Below, one piece after another: positions 10,069-19,700 of a DNA stretch of 64,000 nucleotides (position 1 is the first letter of the stretch; every line of letters begins with the position of its first letter). A program made the position numbers and the translations under genes. The notes below the pieces were generated by a model. That model did not search any database and was not told the DNA's origin. It saw only the letters and a program-made list of their open reading frames with translations. Origin of the DNA: Verrucomicrobiales bacterium (GTDB lineage: Bacteria; Verrucomicrobiota; Verrucomicrobiia; Verrucomicrobiales; V1-33); the NCBI GenBank assembly GCA_031411295.1, contig JANOAV010000086.1:1-64000 (forward strand). Reading direction: 5' to 3'.

Positions 10069-11606
10069 GTCCAGCTATGTTCGAATATGGGAACTGCATC
10101 GCCAGCATCGTCAACTTCGCACAACGCAACACGGGTTGCAACCTCTCCCTGGACCTCCACATGAGCAAACAGCGTCCGCAGTTCCACCCAGCGTTCAAGA
10201 CGGTTTTGGGCAAGATCCTCCACGAAATCATGAAGCTCCTCTTCTGCGCCTACTAGCTTATCAGGGCTATAGAATTTTGGACTTAAGCGAATGGTCCGGC
10301 ACCATGAGCCAGTATTGAGATAGACGGCTCCATCCTTTAGCTGAAGCGCCTTCGGAATATGCGTGTGCCCAAAGATTATGACTTTGAACCCTCCTTGGGA
10401 TGCAAGGCGCTCTGCAGCAGTGTGATAAGGAGGGTCTTTGGAGGAGAGTTCAAAAGTGGTTTCAATGGCTTTGCGATGTGCCTCGAATGCTCGGGCGAGC
10501 AAGAGATAGCGTCCTCTAGAGTCAGCCTGCCCCATTCGCCACAGGCTGAGACTTGAAGACAACCAAGCGGTTGCACCGCTACTGATAGTCATCTGGTCTT
10601 TAGGCACCCGCACATTTTGCATTCCATCGCTCAGACCTTGAATCAACTTCGCTGATTCATCGAGCATGAGCTGGCATCTTTGAAGAGTCTCCGATGCGTC
10701 CTTTGGAACGATTGAACCAAAGTCATCTACTCTTGGTGGCAGCGGAGACATTTCCACTTGGTTGTGCGAGCGTTCATCAGTCGTGGCAATGTAGGTTTCC
10801 TCCTTTTTTACCCGTCCTGGTTCTCCCTCTGCTGCGCGTTTCATTAGCCACAAGGGGACCAGCTTTTTGAGATGCCAGAGAAGCTCTGGCTCCAAGGCAC
10901 ACAGAATGGGGATGAGAGTTTCATTCTCTGGCTTTAGCAGGTCGATAAAGCGATAGCGAGACTTAATCGGGTTCATTACCTCAGCGACCAGCTTCGATCC
11001 TGCGGGAGCGGAGAATTTACAACGTGGCTCATTTCGGGATGTTGCTGAACGTAGGGCGCGCAGTGCTCCCATCGATACAACATTCCAACCATCGTAACGA
11101 TTGCCATGCTCGATTAGCACATCACCATAGACGTGGGCTTCCCCATCGAGTAGAAACTCGATGCGTGCAGGTTTGTCATGCGTGAGCAAGCGCAAGAAAC
11201 TGCGCCTCACATGCGGGAGGGACAGTTCGAGATCGTGATTACCTAGCAGGATCGTTAGCTTGTGACCCAGTGAAAGGAATTGCTGAATGGCCGGGAAAAA
11301 CTGCTCGCCTACAGGTGCATCAGCATCCGTTGATTTGATGATTGTATCGAACTTCGTCAGGGCTTCGGCTTCAGAGTCGCAAAAATCACGAAAGGGTTCT
11401 TCTGTCAGAAAATCAATCCAGTCGCCATTGATGACCAGCTCGATGGAGTCCGCAGAGTGGGTGCCTAGTTCTTGTCTCGTGATCTTGTGAATCAAACGAG
11501 CCAGTCTTCGTCGCGAGTCGGGCGGGCAAATCTGAAAGCCAGAGACGTCTGCACTAGGAGGCTTGCCCCCAAAATGAAGATCTGATATCACGAAAAGATG
11601 GTGCAT
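10065..11606 (-). CDS. Calcineurin-like metallophosphoesterase with a large internal insertion
   Basis: SDLH, NGDWID, GNHD, EHGN, GHTH and NTGSW motifs; stop overlaps the start of the protease-STAND gene (ATGA). Confidence 0.88.
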   Translation of the reverse strand: MHHLFVISDLHFGGKPPSADVSGFQICPPDSRRRLARLIHKITRQELGTHSADSIELVINGDWIDFLTEEPFRDFCDSEAEALTKFDTIIKSTDADAPVGEQFFPAIQQFLSLGHKLTILLGNHDLELSLPHVRRSFLRLLTHDKPARIEFLLDGEAHVYGDVLIEHGNRYDGWNVVSMGALRALRSATSRNEPRCKFSAPAGSKLVAEVMNPIKSRYRFIDLLKPENETLIPILCALEPELLWHLKKLVPLWLMKRAAEGEPGRVKKEETYIATTDERSHNQVEMSPLPPRVDDFGSIVPKDASETLQRCQLMLDESAKLIQGLSDGMQNVRVPKDQMTISSGATAWLSSSLSLWRMGQADSRGRYLLLARAFEAHRKAIETTFELSSKDPPYHTAAERLASQGGFKVIIFGHTHIPKALQLKDGAVYLNTGSWCRTIRLSPKFYSPDKLVGAEEELHDFVEDLAQNRLERWVELRTLFAHVEVQGEVATRVALCEVDDAGDAVPIFEHSWT

Positions 11607-11869
11607 GGTTTCTCGATGTTAAATCAGCTTTTAGTGCTCCGTGGTTATTTCGTTGGGATTTTCGATGGGGACAGTGGAGTGGTTAGAGCGTTTGGATGCA
11701 GGACATCGAGTTTTACCTTCAGGTGCTGGAATAGAATGAGGACTGCGTAGTGACAGCCGTGAGGTTGGAGTTTGTAACAGGGGGGCGTGGACAGCATTTA
11801 AACCAAAGAAAAGTGACCTCGCAAGTTCATATTAACGTCCTCGCGTTGTTTCCCCCGCATCTTGTGCAT

Positions 11870-11896
11870 GGGGCTTTCAAAGCCCCGCCCCTTGGG
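11870..11896. repeat. Palindromic motif GGGGCTTT-C-AAAGCCCC, copy 2
   Basis: 26/27 identical to 1121-1147; lies in a divergent intergenic region. Confidence 0.7.
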
Positions 11897-12062
11897 AGAA
11901 AGCGCGTGGAGACATCCGCTATAAGGTTTTACCTGATGTGTGCTTGTCGATGTTGTAATTCACAGGAAAAGGGCTATAGGACTGTGTTTAGTAGGATAGG
12001 CGGCCTGCACGCGACTCCTCTCTCAACCGGCCCCTGTATAGTATCCAAAATTTCCCACGACT

Positions 12063-15000
12063 ATGAACCAACGTCACCTCCTTGCCCTGAGTTTCGCCAG
12101 CCTTGCTGCTTTTGCCGTCTCGGCACGTGGGGCTACCTTGTTTTGGGATGGCAACGCCAACACCATTAACGCGGCCAGTGATAACACGTCCATCAGTGAC
12201 ATGAATTGGCTGAACGGAGGGAATTGGGACACGGGTGGTGCCTCCGCTCCGCTGACGGGTTGGACTGCGGGAAATATTGCAATTTTCGGCGGGACGTTCA
12301 CGGGGACGCAGAAGGTGACGCTGGGCAGTGGGATCACGCTTGGTGGTTTGGTCATTGGTGGAGTGGGGTCGGCTTATACCATTTCGCTTACAGGGACGGG
12401 GTTCAATCAGTTGGGCAATCCCTCAGGCGCGATCACCATCAATACCGGTTCCACGCTGTCTGCGGATGCGGCTAGTAACAACGCTCATAACATTGCGGGT
12501 GGAGCGGGGCTGACATTAAATGGAGGCACGCTGACCTCGATCAACGGCCCGGCGGGTCCGGCCAATGATGGCGGTTATGGGAACTGGCTTTTGCGTGGTC
12601 CGGTAACGGTGGGTGGCGCGTCTGCTTCGACCATTAGTTCCTCCACGCTGTATCTGGGCGATGGTGGTGGTTCCTTTACCGTGGCGGATGCCACGGGTTC
12701 GGCGGCTACGGATTTGCTCGTTTCTGCAAAGATCATCGTCGGGTCCTCCGCCCTGACAAAGAGCGGTGTCGGGACGATGGAGTTGACTGCGGTGAATACA
12801 TTTACCAATCCCGTGACGCTAAATGGCGGTTTGTTGAAGTTGGCCTCCACTGGCAGTCTCGCAACCACGGCCGTCGCTGCGAACAGCGGTGGGCGGTTCC
12901 GCATGGTGGATGCCGCAGCAGTGACCGGCACCCTAACAGCGAATGCGGGCGGAAGCATTGAGGTGGAAAATTCAGCCGCTCAGACGTGGACGAAGGCGAT
13001 TTCTGGGGCGGGAACGTTTGTCAAGGGAGGAGCCGGCACCCTAACCGTGGGGAGTGGCGTTCTGGCAGTATCGGGCGGAATGACGGTGGAAGCCGGGGTG
13101 CTCGACATTTCCAGATCCGGTGGGTCGCAATTTCCCATGCCACTCAACGTGCTGGCGGGTGCTACGTTCAAGTTCACCAGCAATTCCTATAACAACTTCA
13201 TCATTCCCGGCGGCCCGACCACCCCCGCCACCCCTGGCATCACGGTGGAAAATGGTGCCACGCTGGAATCTGCCGGGACGGCACAAAACGCAAATAACAT
13301 TTCCGGGTTCACGCTGAAAGGCGGCAGTGTCATCAATACAGGCACGCCGGACCCGACTTATGCGACATTTATCACCCGCTATATCACCGTGCTGGATAAT
13401 CCTTCGACGATCAATGTGCCGAAGCTCGGATTCAACAGCACTGCGCTCCCGTTGGATGTGGCGGACACGCCAGGCGCGATCGATCTCGACGTCGTGGGCC
13501 CTGCGGTGATCGGTGATGGCGGTGGCGGAGTGGGTGGCTTTGTGAAAACGGGGGCCGGTAAAGTGCGTTTCCAAAGCACGGTCACAATGAATAATCCAAT
13601 CGCCATCAATGCCGGCACGGTGGCTTTTGGCGGCCTCACGACCACGACCGGAGCCGCGCTCAGCATCTCGAATGCCACGATGGAAAATACTGCGCAAGTC
13701 AATGCGGGGACGATCACATTTACCAACGCCACGGGCACCATTGGCGGACATCTGGTTGGAGCGGGGAAAATCAGCATCCTCGGCGGCAGTAATGTCACAG
13801 CGACAAACTTCGGGCTTTATACCACTACTGGCGGCTATGAAGTGACGGGATCTACGCTCATTTTAAATAACACGACAGCTGGGGCCAAGCTGAGTGGCGG
13901 GCAGATCATGACCATCGGCAATGGCGGAGTGGTGCGGACGCAGGGGAATCAATACAACACGATTCAGGGGCAGAACTGGGTGATCGAAAACGGCGGTTTG
14001 CTGAGCTTCGAGAATACGGCCCTTAACGCAAACAATGCTGGCAGCGTGACGCTGAAAGGCGGAACGGTCGCACAGGGCGGAACTCCCGACGTGGGCTACG
14101 CGCACCTCATCGTTAGCGGCGGGATCGTCGTGCAGGATAATCTTTCGACTTGGAGCGCGGACCTCGGCGTGTTCGGCAATCAGATTGTGAATGTTGGCGA
14201 GACGGGCGCGGATGTAGATTTCAATGTGACGGGGCGACTGCGCGGAAACGGTCCGGGCGTCCACGGGTTTACCAAGACGGGTGTTGGCAAAATGCGGGTG
14301 AGTGGGTTGGGAGCAGACTATGGCGGTCTGCTCGTGGTTAGCGCTGGGGTGGTCGAGGCCTACAAGACGGTGGATTCCGGGCTGAGCCCACTCTCGACCC
14401 AGCCAGTGACAATTCAGAACGGTGGCACGCTCTCGTTGCTGACAATGGGTGTTTATAACGCGCTGGGCCACACCGGAAACTATCCGACGACCATCAACAT
14501 TGAGGCGGGGGGCACGCTCCTCGCATCCAGTGCTACGAAAAACGCGCATAACGTCGGCAGCCTAGCGCTCAGTGGCGGCACCGTCAGTGCGCTGAATGCC
14601 AACCATGACACGTATAGCAATTTCATCATCAACGGGCAGATCTCGCACACCGGGAACACGGCTTCGGAGATTAATGCACCAGCGATTTCCTTCCGCTCCC
14701 CCGGTGGCACGGTTGATGTAGCTGATGGCACCGCAGAAAACGACCTCACGATTTCATCAGAAATCATGAATCACGCTGGGGTGTCCGTGCTAACCAAGAC
14801 CGGCAACGGCAAACTGCGCCTTACGGGTGCCAACACCTACAGTGGAGCTACGACCATTAGCGCAGGCACCCTGGAAGCCGCTGGGGCGGACACGCTCGCA
14901 AACACCAGCAGCGTGAGCATCACCGGGGGAACTCTGTTGCTCAGCGGATCAGGCAATCGCATCAACAACAGCGCTGGGATTACGCTCGCAACCGACAGCA

Positions 15001-15416
15001 ACAGCGTGCCCGCGCTCACGCTGAGCGGAACCGTCACGGAAAGCCTCGGCACCCTAACAGTCAATAGCGCAGGCACCAGCGTAGTGGATTTAAGCGCAGG
15101 TTCTGCCGCCGTGACTTTTGCCGACAGCCAACTGACCTCCCCGTGGGTCGGTTTGCTGTCGATCTGGAACTGGAGCGGCAACCTAGGCGGAGGCGGCACT
15201 GACCAATTAAATTTCACAACCGCCACTGGCCTAACTTCCACGCAAATTGCGTCCATTTCCTTCGTCGATCCTGCTGGCCTGCCCGCGGGGACCTATGGTG
15301 CCCAATTGCTCGGCAGCGGTGAATTGGTGCCAGTGCCGGAACCCGCCGCGCTGGCTGCTGGCGTGATCCTGCTGGGTTACGCAGGCTTCCGCCGCCGTCG
15401 CGCTGCCGTGCAGTAA
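12063..15416 (+). CDS. Autotransporter-associated beta-strand-repeat surface protein with PEP-CTERM sorting signal
   Basis: Signal peptide; repeated LTKSGVGTMELTAVNTF and LTKTGNGKLRLTGANTYSGATTI; C-terminal VPEP + hydrophobic stretch + RRRR. Confidence 0.9.
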   Translation: MNQRHLLALSFASLAAFAVSARGATLFWDGNANTINAASDNTSISDMNWLNGGNWDTGGASAPLTGWTAGNIAIFGGTFTGTQKVTLGSGITLGGLVIGGVGSAYTISLTGTGFNQLGNPSGAITINTGSTLSADAASNNAHNIAGGAGLTLNGGTLTSINGPAGPANDGGYGNWLLRGPVTVGGASASTISSSTLYLGDGGGSFTVADATGSAATDLLVSAKIIVGSSALTKSGVGTMELTAVNTFTNPVTLNGGLLKLASTGSLATTAVAANSGGRFRMVDAAAVTGTLTANAGGSIEVENSAAQTWTKAISGAGTFVKGGAGTLTVGSGVLAVSGGMTVEAGVLDISRSGGSQFPMPLNVLAGATFKFTSNSYNNFIIPGGPTTPATPGITVENGATLESAGTAQNANNISGFTLKGGSVINTGTPDPTYATFITRYITVLDNPSTINVPKLGFNSTALPLDVADTPGAIDLDVVGPAVIGDGGGGVGGFVKTGAGKVRFQSTVTMNNPIAINAGTVAFGGLTTTTGAALSISNATMENTAQVNAGTITFTNATGTIGGHLVGAGKISILGGSNVTATNFGLYTTTGGYEVTGSTLILNNTTAGAKLSGGQIMTIGNGGVVRTQGNQYNTIQGQNWVIENGGLLSFENTALNANNAGSVTLKGGTVAQGGTPDVGYAHLIVSGGIVVQDNLSTWSADLGVFGNQIVNVGETGADVDFNVTGRLRGNGPGVHGFTKTGVGKMRVSGLGADYGGLLVVSAGVVEAYKTVDSGLSPLSTQPVTIQNGGTLSLLTMGVYNALGHTGNYPTTINIEAGGTLLASSATKNAHNVGSLALSGGTVSALNANHDTYSNFIINGQISHTGNTASEINAPAISFRSPGGTVDVADGTAENDLTISSEIMNHAGVSVLTKTGNGKLRLTGANTYSGATTISAGTLEAAGADTLANTSSVSITGGTLLLSGSGNRINNSAGITLATDSNSVPALTLSGTVTESLGTLTVNSAGTSVVDLSAGSAAVTFADSQLTSPWVGLLSIWNWSGNLGGGGTDQLNFTTATGLTSTQIASISFVDPAGLPAGTYGAQLLGSGELVPVPEPAALAAGVILLGYAGFRRRRAAVQ

Positions 15417-15799
15417 CTCAGGTATTTCTAGATGGAAATCGGCAGCGTTGCTCCGAGCAGAGGCCGATTTGAACCCGAAATTCCCCATCAAAGCCCACTA
15501 GGGTGCCGTTTTCTTTGACCGGAAGTGCTGCGAATCCCGAAAAGCAGGTGGAATGGACGGAAATCTGCTTGCTCTGGGCGGATCGGGCTATAATGAAAAA
15601 AAGTGGTCGCACGGGCGAAAAATTCGTTTAGTTTGCGCGCCCTTCCCCCGGGCCTGTAGTGTTCCTAAGCACTCCCCCACCCCTCTATTACCCCCAACTT
15701 CATACCAATCTGACGCAACTTTCTGCCATTGCCAATCGGCCCCTCACTGGGGCCTCAAGCGTCATTTAACCACAATTTTCAAGCAACAACACACACGAC

Positions 15800-17284
15800 A
15801 TGGGAAAACCAACTGGCTTTATTGAATTTGAACGCGAACTCCCGGCAGATCGCGCTCCGCTCTCACGCATCAAGGACTGGAAAGAAATCCACCTACACTT
15901 GCCCGAAGATAAACTGAAGTCGCAGGGAGCACGTTGCATGGACTGCGGCGTGCCGTTCTGCCATCAGGGCAAGCTCATCAGCGGCATGGCTAGCGGCTGC
16001 CCGGTTAACAACCTCATCCCCGAGTGGAACGATCTCATTTATCGTGGCCTCTGGAAAGAAGCGTTGGAGCGTCTGCATAAAACAAACAATTTCCCAGAGT
16101 TCACCGGCCGCGTCTGCCCCGCTCCGTGCGAAGGTTCTTGCGTGTTAGGGATTAACAATCCGCCTGTCACCATCAAGAACATCGAGGTTTCCATCATCGA
16201 TAAGGGATGGGAAGAAGGTTGGGTGGTGCCACAAGCTCCCGCCAAGCGCACCGGCAAGAAAGTGGCCATCATCGGCTCCGGCCCGGCTGGCCTCAGCGCG
16301 GCGGCTCAGCTCAACAAAGCCGGCCACAGCGTGACCGTTTTTGAACGCGCGGATCGTCCGGGTGGCCTCCTCATGTATGGCATTCCCAACATGAAGCTGG
16401 ACAAAAACGAAGTTGTCCTGCGGCGGATTCAACTGCTGGAAGATGAAGGAGTGAAATTTGTCTGCAACACCACCGTGGGCGGCAACTATCCCGCGGAGAA
16501 TCTGGCCAAGGAGTTCGATGCCACCATCGTTTGCACCGGAGCCACCAAACCACGCGATCTCCCAATCCCAGGACGCGAGCTGAAGGGAATCCACTTTGCG
16601 ATGGATTTCCTCACCGCCAACACCAAGGCCGTGCTCGATGAGAAACCGGGCGATGGCTACATCACAGCCGATGGCAAAGACGTGGTCATCATCGGCGGTG
16701 GCGATACCGGCACCGACTGCGTGGGCACCTCCCTGCGCCACGGCTGCACTAGCGTGTGCCAGGTGGAAATTATGCCTCGCTCCCCAGACCAACGCGCCAA
16801 GGATAATCCCTGGCCCGAATGGCCCAAGACTTACAAAATGGACTACGGTCAGGAAGAAGCCGCCGCCAAGTTCGGCAGCGATCCCCGGATCTACGTCACC
16901 ACCGCCACCAAATTCGAAGGCGATGCCGATGGCAATGTCGCTTCCGTGCACACCGTGCAAGTGGAGTGGGCCAAGAACGAACAAGGCCAGTTCATCCCGA
17001 AACACGTCCCCGGCACGGAGAAAGTCCTCCCCGCTAAGCTCGTGCTGCTAGCCATGGGCTTCCTCGGGCCAGAACAACCGCTCCTCGACGCCCTGAACGT
17101 GGAGCGCGATGCCCGCAGCAACATCAAAGCCGAGCACGAACGCTACACCACCAGTCTCCCCGGAGTCTTTGCCGCCGGAGACTGCCGCCGCGGCCAAAGC
17201 CTCGTCGTCTGGGCCTTCAACGAAGGTCGAGGCGCTGCCCGTGAATGCGACCGCTATCTGATGGGCGCGACGGATCTGCCGTAA
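15800..17284 (+). CDS. gltD: Glutamate synthase small (beta) subunit
   Basis: MGKPTGF start, [42 protein letters not shown] and [13 protein letters not shown]. Confidence 0.97.
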   Translation: MGKPTGFIEFERELPADRAPLSRIKDWKEIHLHLPEDKLKSQGARCMDCGVPFCHQGKLISGMASGCPVNNLIPEWNDLIYRGLWKEALERLHKTNNFPEFTGRVCPAPCEGSCVLGINNPPVTIKNIEVSIIDKGWEEGWVVPQAPAKRTGKKVAIIGSGPAGLSAAAQLNKAGHSVTVFERADRPGGLLMYGIPNMKLDKNEVVLRRIQLLEDEGVKFVCNTTVGGNYPAENLAKEFDATIVCTGATKPRDLPIPGRELKGIHFAMDFLTANTKAVLDEKPGDGYITADGKDVVIIGGGDTGTDCVGTSLRHGCTSVCQVEIMPRSPDQRAKDNPWPEWPKTYKMDYGQEEAAAKFGSDPRIYVTTATKFEGDADGNVASVHTVQVEWAKNEQGQFIPKHVPGTEKVLPAKLVLLAMGFLGPEQPLLDALNVERDARSNIKAEHERYTTSLPGVFAAGDCRRGQSLVVWAFNEGRGAARECDRYLMGATDLP

Positions 17285-17333
17285 GCGTGGGGCGTTAGAC
17301 CAACGCTGAAACCAATATCTTGCCAGCAGTATT

Positions 17334-17951
17334 ATGTCCCCCATCGCCAAAGTTCCTGTTCGCGATGCGAATGGGGCTGTAGTCCTTGCTGACGTGAATT
17401 TTGTGGATTTGGAGGCAAGCAGTCGTTTGACGGCGGGTTTACCCGAAGTAACCAGCCAAGGCAGACCGCTAGATGATGCTATTGAATTTGTGCATCTGGC
17501 AGTCAAACGGTGGAATTATTACTATCGGAGCGGGTATTCGGTGAGCGGAGCAAAGGAACTCAGGCAGCGAGTCGGACAGAATCCACACTGTGAAATCGGA
17601 TTCATGCTAGCAGTGGTATTGCCCACGGGCAAGATCATTGGAGGCTGTTTCGCCAGAAGAACATGGGCAGGAAATATTCTATTGGATTTTCTCTTTTCAC
17701 ATCCAGCTTCGTTTACTGCTAACGGAGCTACGCAAGCCAGTGGCGTGGGATTCGCGATGATGAGCGTCCTCGCATCGCTAGCGCTTAGCATTCAAGCGGA
17801 TGAATTGTGGGGTGAAGCGACCGAGAATTCGCATGGTTTCTACAAGAAAATCAAGTCCCGCTTGGCTAGCAGTAACGCGTCCGAAGCAACTCTAGATCGT
17901 TTCATCTTCCAAAGAGCAGAGTTAGTTCTGTTGGCTGCGCAAATCAGTTGA
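17334..17951 (+). CDS. Hypothetical protein, GNAT acetyltransferase-like
   Basis: 205 aa with LDFL..SGVGFAMM..EATENSHGFYKK, resembling GNAT motifs A and B. Confidence 0.5.
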   Translation: MSPIAKVPVRDANGAVVLADVNFVDLEASSRLTAGLPEVTSQGRPLDDAIEFVHLAVKRWNYYYRSGYSVSGAKELRQRVGQNPHCEIGFMLAVVLPTGKIIGGCFARRTWAGNILLDFLFSHPASFTANGATQASGVGFAMMSVLASLALSIQADELWGEATENSHGFYKKIKSRLASSNASEATLDRFIFQRAELVLLAAQIS

Positions 17952-17981
17952 AATTTTCCCGAATGGGCGCACCATAGCGAT

Positions 17982-18173
17982 ATGAAAAACATCCCAACCC
18001 TGCAAATCACTCCCCTGTGGCATGATCTTATGAAGATCGAGGAGGAGCACCCCAACTTCATGGTAGGAAATCGCCTCTCTTGGCCGAAGCCATTGCCTCG
18101 TAAGAAAAAGCCAGTGGCCGCTACCACGAAGCGGCGTTCTCCGAAGGCGACTGCCGCCGCGGCCAAAGCCTAG
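17982..18173 (+). CDS. Small basic hypothetical protein
   Basis: 63-aa ATG ORF 30 bp after the GNAT-like gene; its 3' end runs into the gltD-end copy. Confidence 0.45.
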   Translation: MKNIPTLQITPLWHDLMKIEEEHPNFMVGNRLSWPKPLPRKKKPVAATTKRRSPKATAAAAKA

Positions 18174-18253
18174 TCGTCTGGGCCTTCAACGAAGGCCGAG
18201 GCGCAGCCCGTGAGTGTGATCGGTATCTCATGGGGGCTACGGATCCGCCGTAG
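18149..18253 (+). repeat. Second copy of the gltD 3' end (105 bp)
   Basis: Aligns ungapped with 17180-17284 with 12 differences. Confidence 0.95.
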
Positions 18254-18256
18254 GTC

Positions 18257-18281
18257 GGAGCGGCGTGCGTCCCGCCGCCGT
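18257..18281 (+). repeat. REP-like hairpin GGAGCGGCGTGCGTCCCGCCGCCGT
   Basis: Identical at 21257-21281; related copies in reverse orientation near 50434-50458 and 50726-50750. Confidence 0.75.
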
Positions 18282-18429
18282 GTCCACACACCGACGAGTC
18301 GGAGCCGCTGCCCCCGAGGACGACTGGGGTGTTTATTGGTCTCTTCGTTGGAGCCCGCGGCTCCGCCTGCTACTGCTGACGTTTTTGAGCCGGATTTGAC
18401 ATTACGCTGACGACCAGTTAGTCTTGGGA

Positions 18430-19257
18430 ATGAATAAACTTCAAACAGCCGCTAGCCCAGATATGATCACGCTTGGCGTTGACATGGCCTCGCAGAAAGC
18501 AAATACCGCAGCATGTAGGATTGATTGGATAAACAACAAACCTCCGGAAATCACGATCACTGAGAAGTGCGACGATGGGATGCTCCAGAGTTTGATAAAA
18601 GCTTGCAAAGCGGCCCCAAACATAAAAGCCGCGATTGGCATTGATGCTCCTTTTGGGTGGCCCACAGAGTTCACAAAAGCAGTCCAGGAATGGAGGTCGG
18701 ACGTGTGGACCGATGATTTAAGCAAGGTGTTACGATTATGGCTAACCGACGCCGCGGTAAAAACGCATCAGAAAAGCCTAAGGCCGCAGGAAAATGCTAG
18801 CACAGTTCTTAGTGTATCATCCGACCGCATAGCACTGCCCGCGATGAGAACGATGGCACTTTTGAAGTGGCATCAAGTTACGGACAGGAGTGGAGAGGAT
18901 GATGGATTTTACGAGGTTTACCCAGCGGGCAGTCTTCAGTGTTGGGGAATGCCAAGTCAAAAATATAAAGGCAAAGACGGGGGAGGAGTTAGATCAAGGA
19001 TCATACAACACCTGCAAGCTGAGCTATGGCTAGATGAAGGATCCAAGGAACAATGCCTCAAATCAGACCATTGCCTTGATGCCCTCATCGCATCCCTCAC
19101 AGCGCGACTTGCCGCGCTCGGGAACACTGCGCTTCCGACAGAAGAGCAAAAGAAAGCAGCTCGGAGCGAAGGCTGGATTCATTTGCCTAAAGACAGCGAG
19201 TTCATTTCGGCTTCTTTTCAAACCATCCAACCAAACGCACCTGCCCTCCCATGTTAG
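18430..19257 (+). CDS. DUF429 family predicted RNase H-fold nuclease
   Basis: LGVDMA, IGIDAPFGWP, EVYPA, LDALIA and EGWIHLP motifs; start uncertain (18424, 18430 or 18463). Confidence 0.85.
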   Translation: MNKLQTAASPDMITLGVDMASQKANTAACRIDWINNKPPEITITEKCDDGMLQSLIKACKAAPNIKAAIGIDAPFGWPTEFTKAVQEWRSDVWTDDLSKVLRLWLTDAAVKTHQKSLRPQENASTVLSVSSDRIALPAMRTMALLKWHQVTDRSGEDDGFYEVYPAGSLQCWGMPSQKYKGKDGGGVRSRIIQHLQAELWLDEGSKEQCLKSDHCLDALIASLTARLAALGNTALPTEEQKKAARSEGWIHLPKDSEFISASFQTIQPNAPALPC

Positions 19258-19598
19258 ACGATAAAATCCTCCGGCTGATCAACAATCAGAAAACCGAGCA
19301 CACGCCCCATGCCTTTCGTGCAGGTGGGGCAGGTCTGAGGGACTTCGGAGCACTGCGGCATCTATTAGAGCCGCTCACTGAAGCCGAGCTTTCGGAAGCC
19401 TTAGATGTCATTGATGCCATGGCTGCTACCCATAATGGTTGCGCTTCTTGCACCGCTAAAATCGCGGCTTTTTGCGAGGCGTTTGCGGCACAAACATTAC
19501 CGCAAAGAAGTGTCGGCTATCGTGAAGCCTGCTCCGCCCTGTCTGGGCGCGAACAGCGGGATTATCGGGCAGAGATTCAGCGTCAGCTTGGGATATAG
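19251..19598 (+). CDS. Hypothetical protein (CxxC)
   Basis: 115-aa ATG ORF overlapping the DUF429 stop. Confidence 0.5.
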   Translation: MLDDKILRLINNQKTEHTPHAFRAGGAGLRDFGALRHLLEPLTEAELSEALDVIDAMAATHNGCASCTAKIAAFCEAFAAQTLPQRSVGYREACSALSGREQRDYRAEIQRQLGI

Positions 19599-19700
19599 CG
19601 CAGACCCAAAGCCATCTTAACGAGGGACGGTCGGAACCTTTGCAATTCGACGCCTTCGCAGCTTCATTGACGGGAGGGAGTCCTCCGAGTATCAAAGAAT

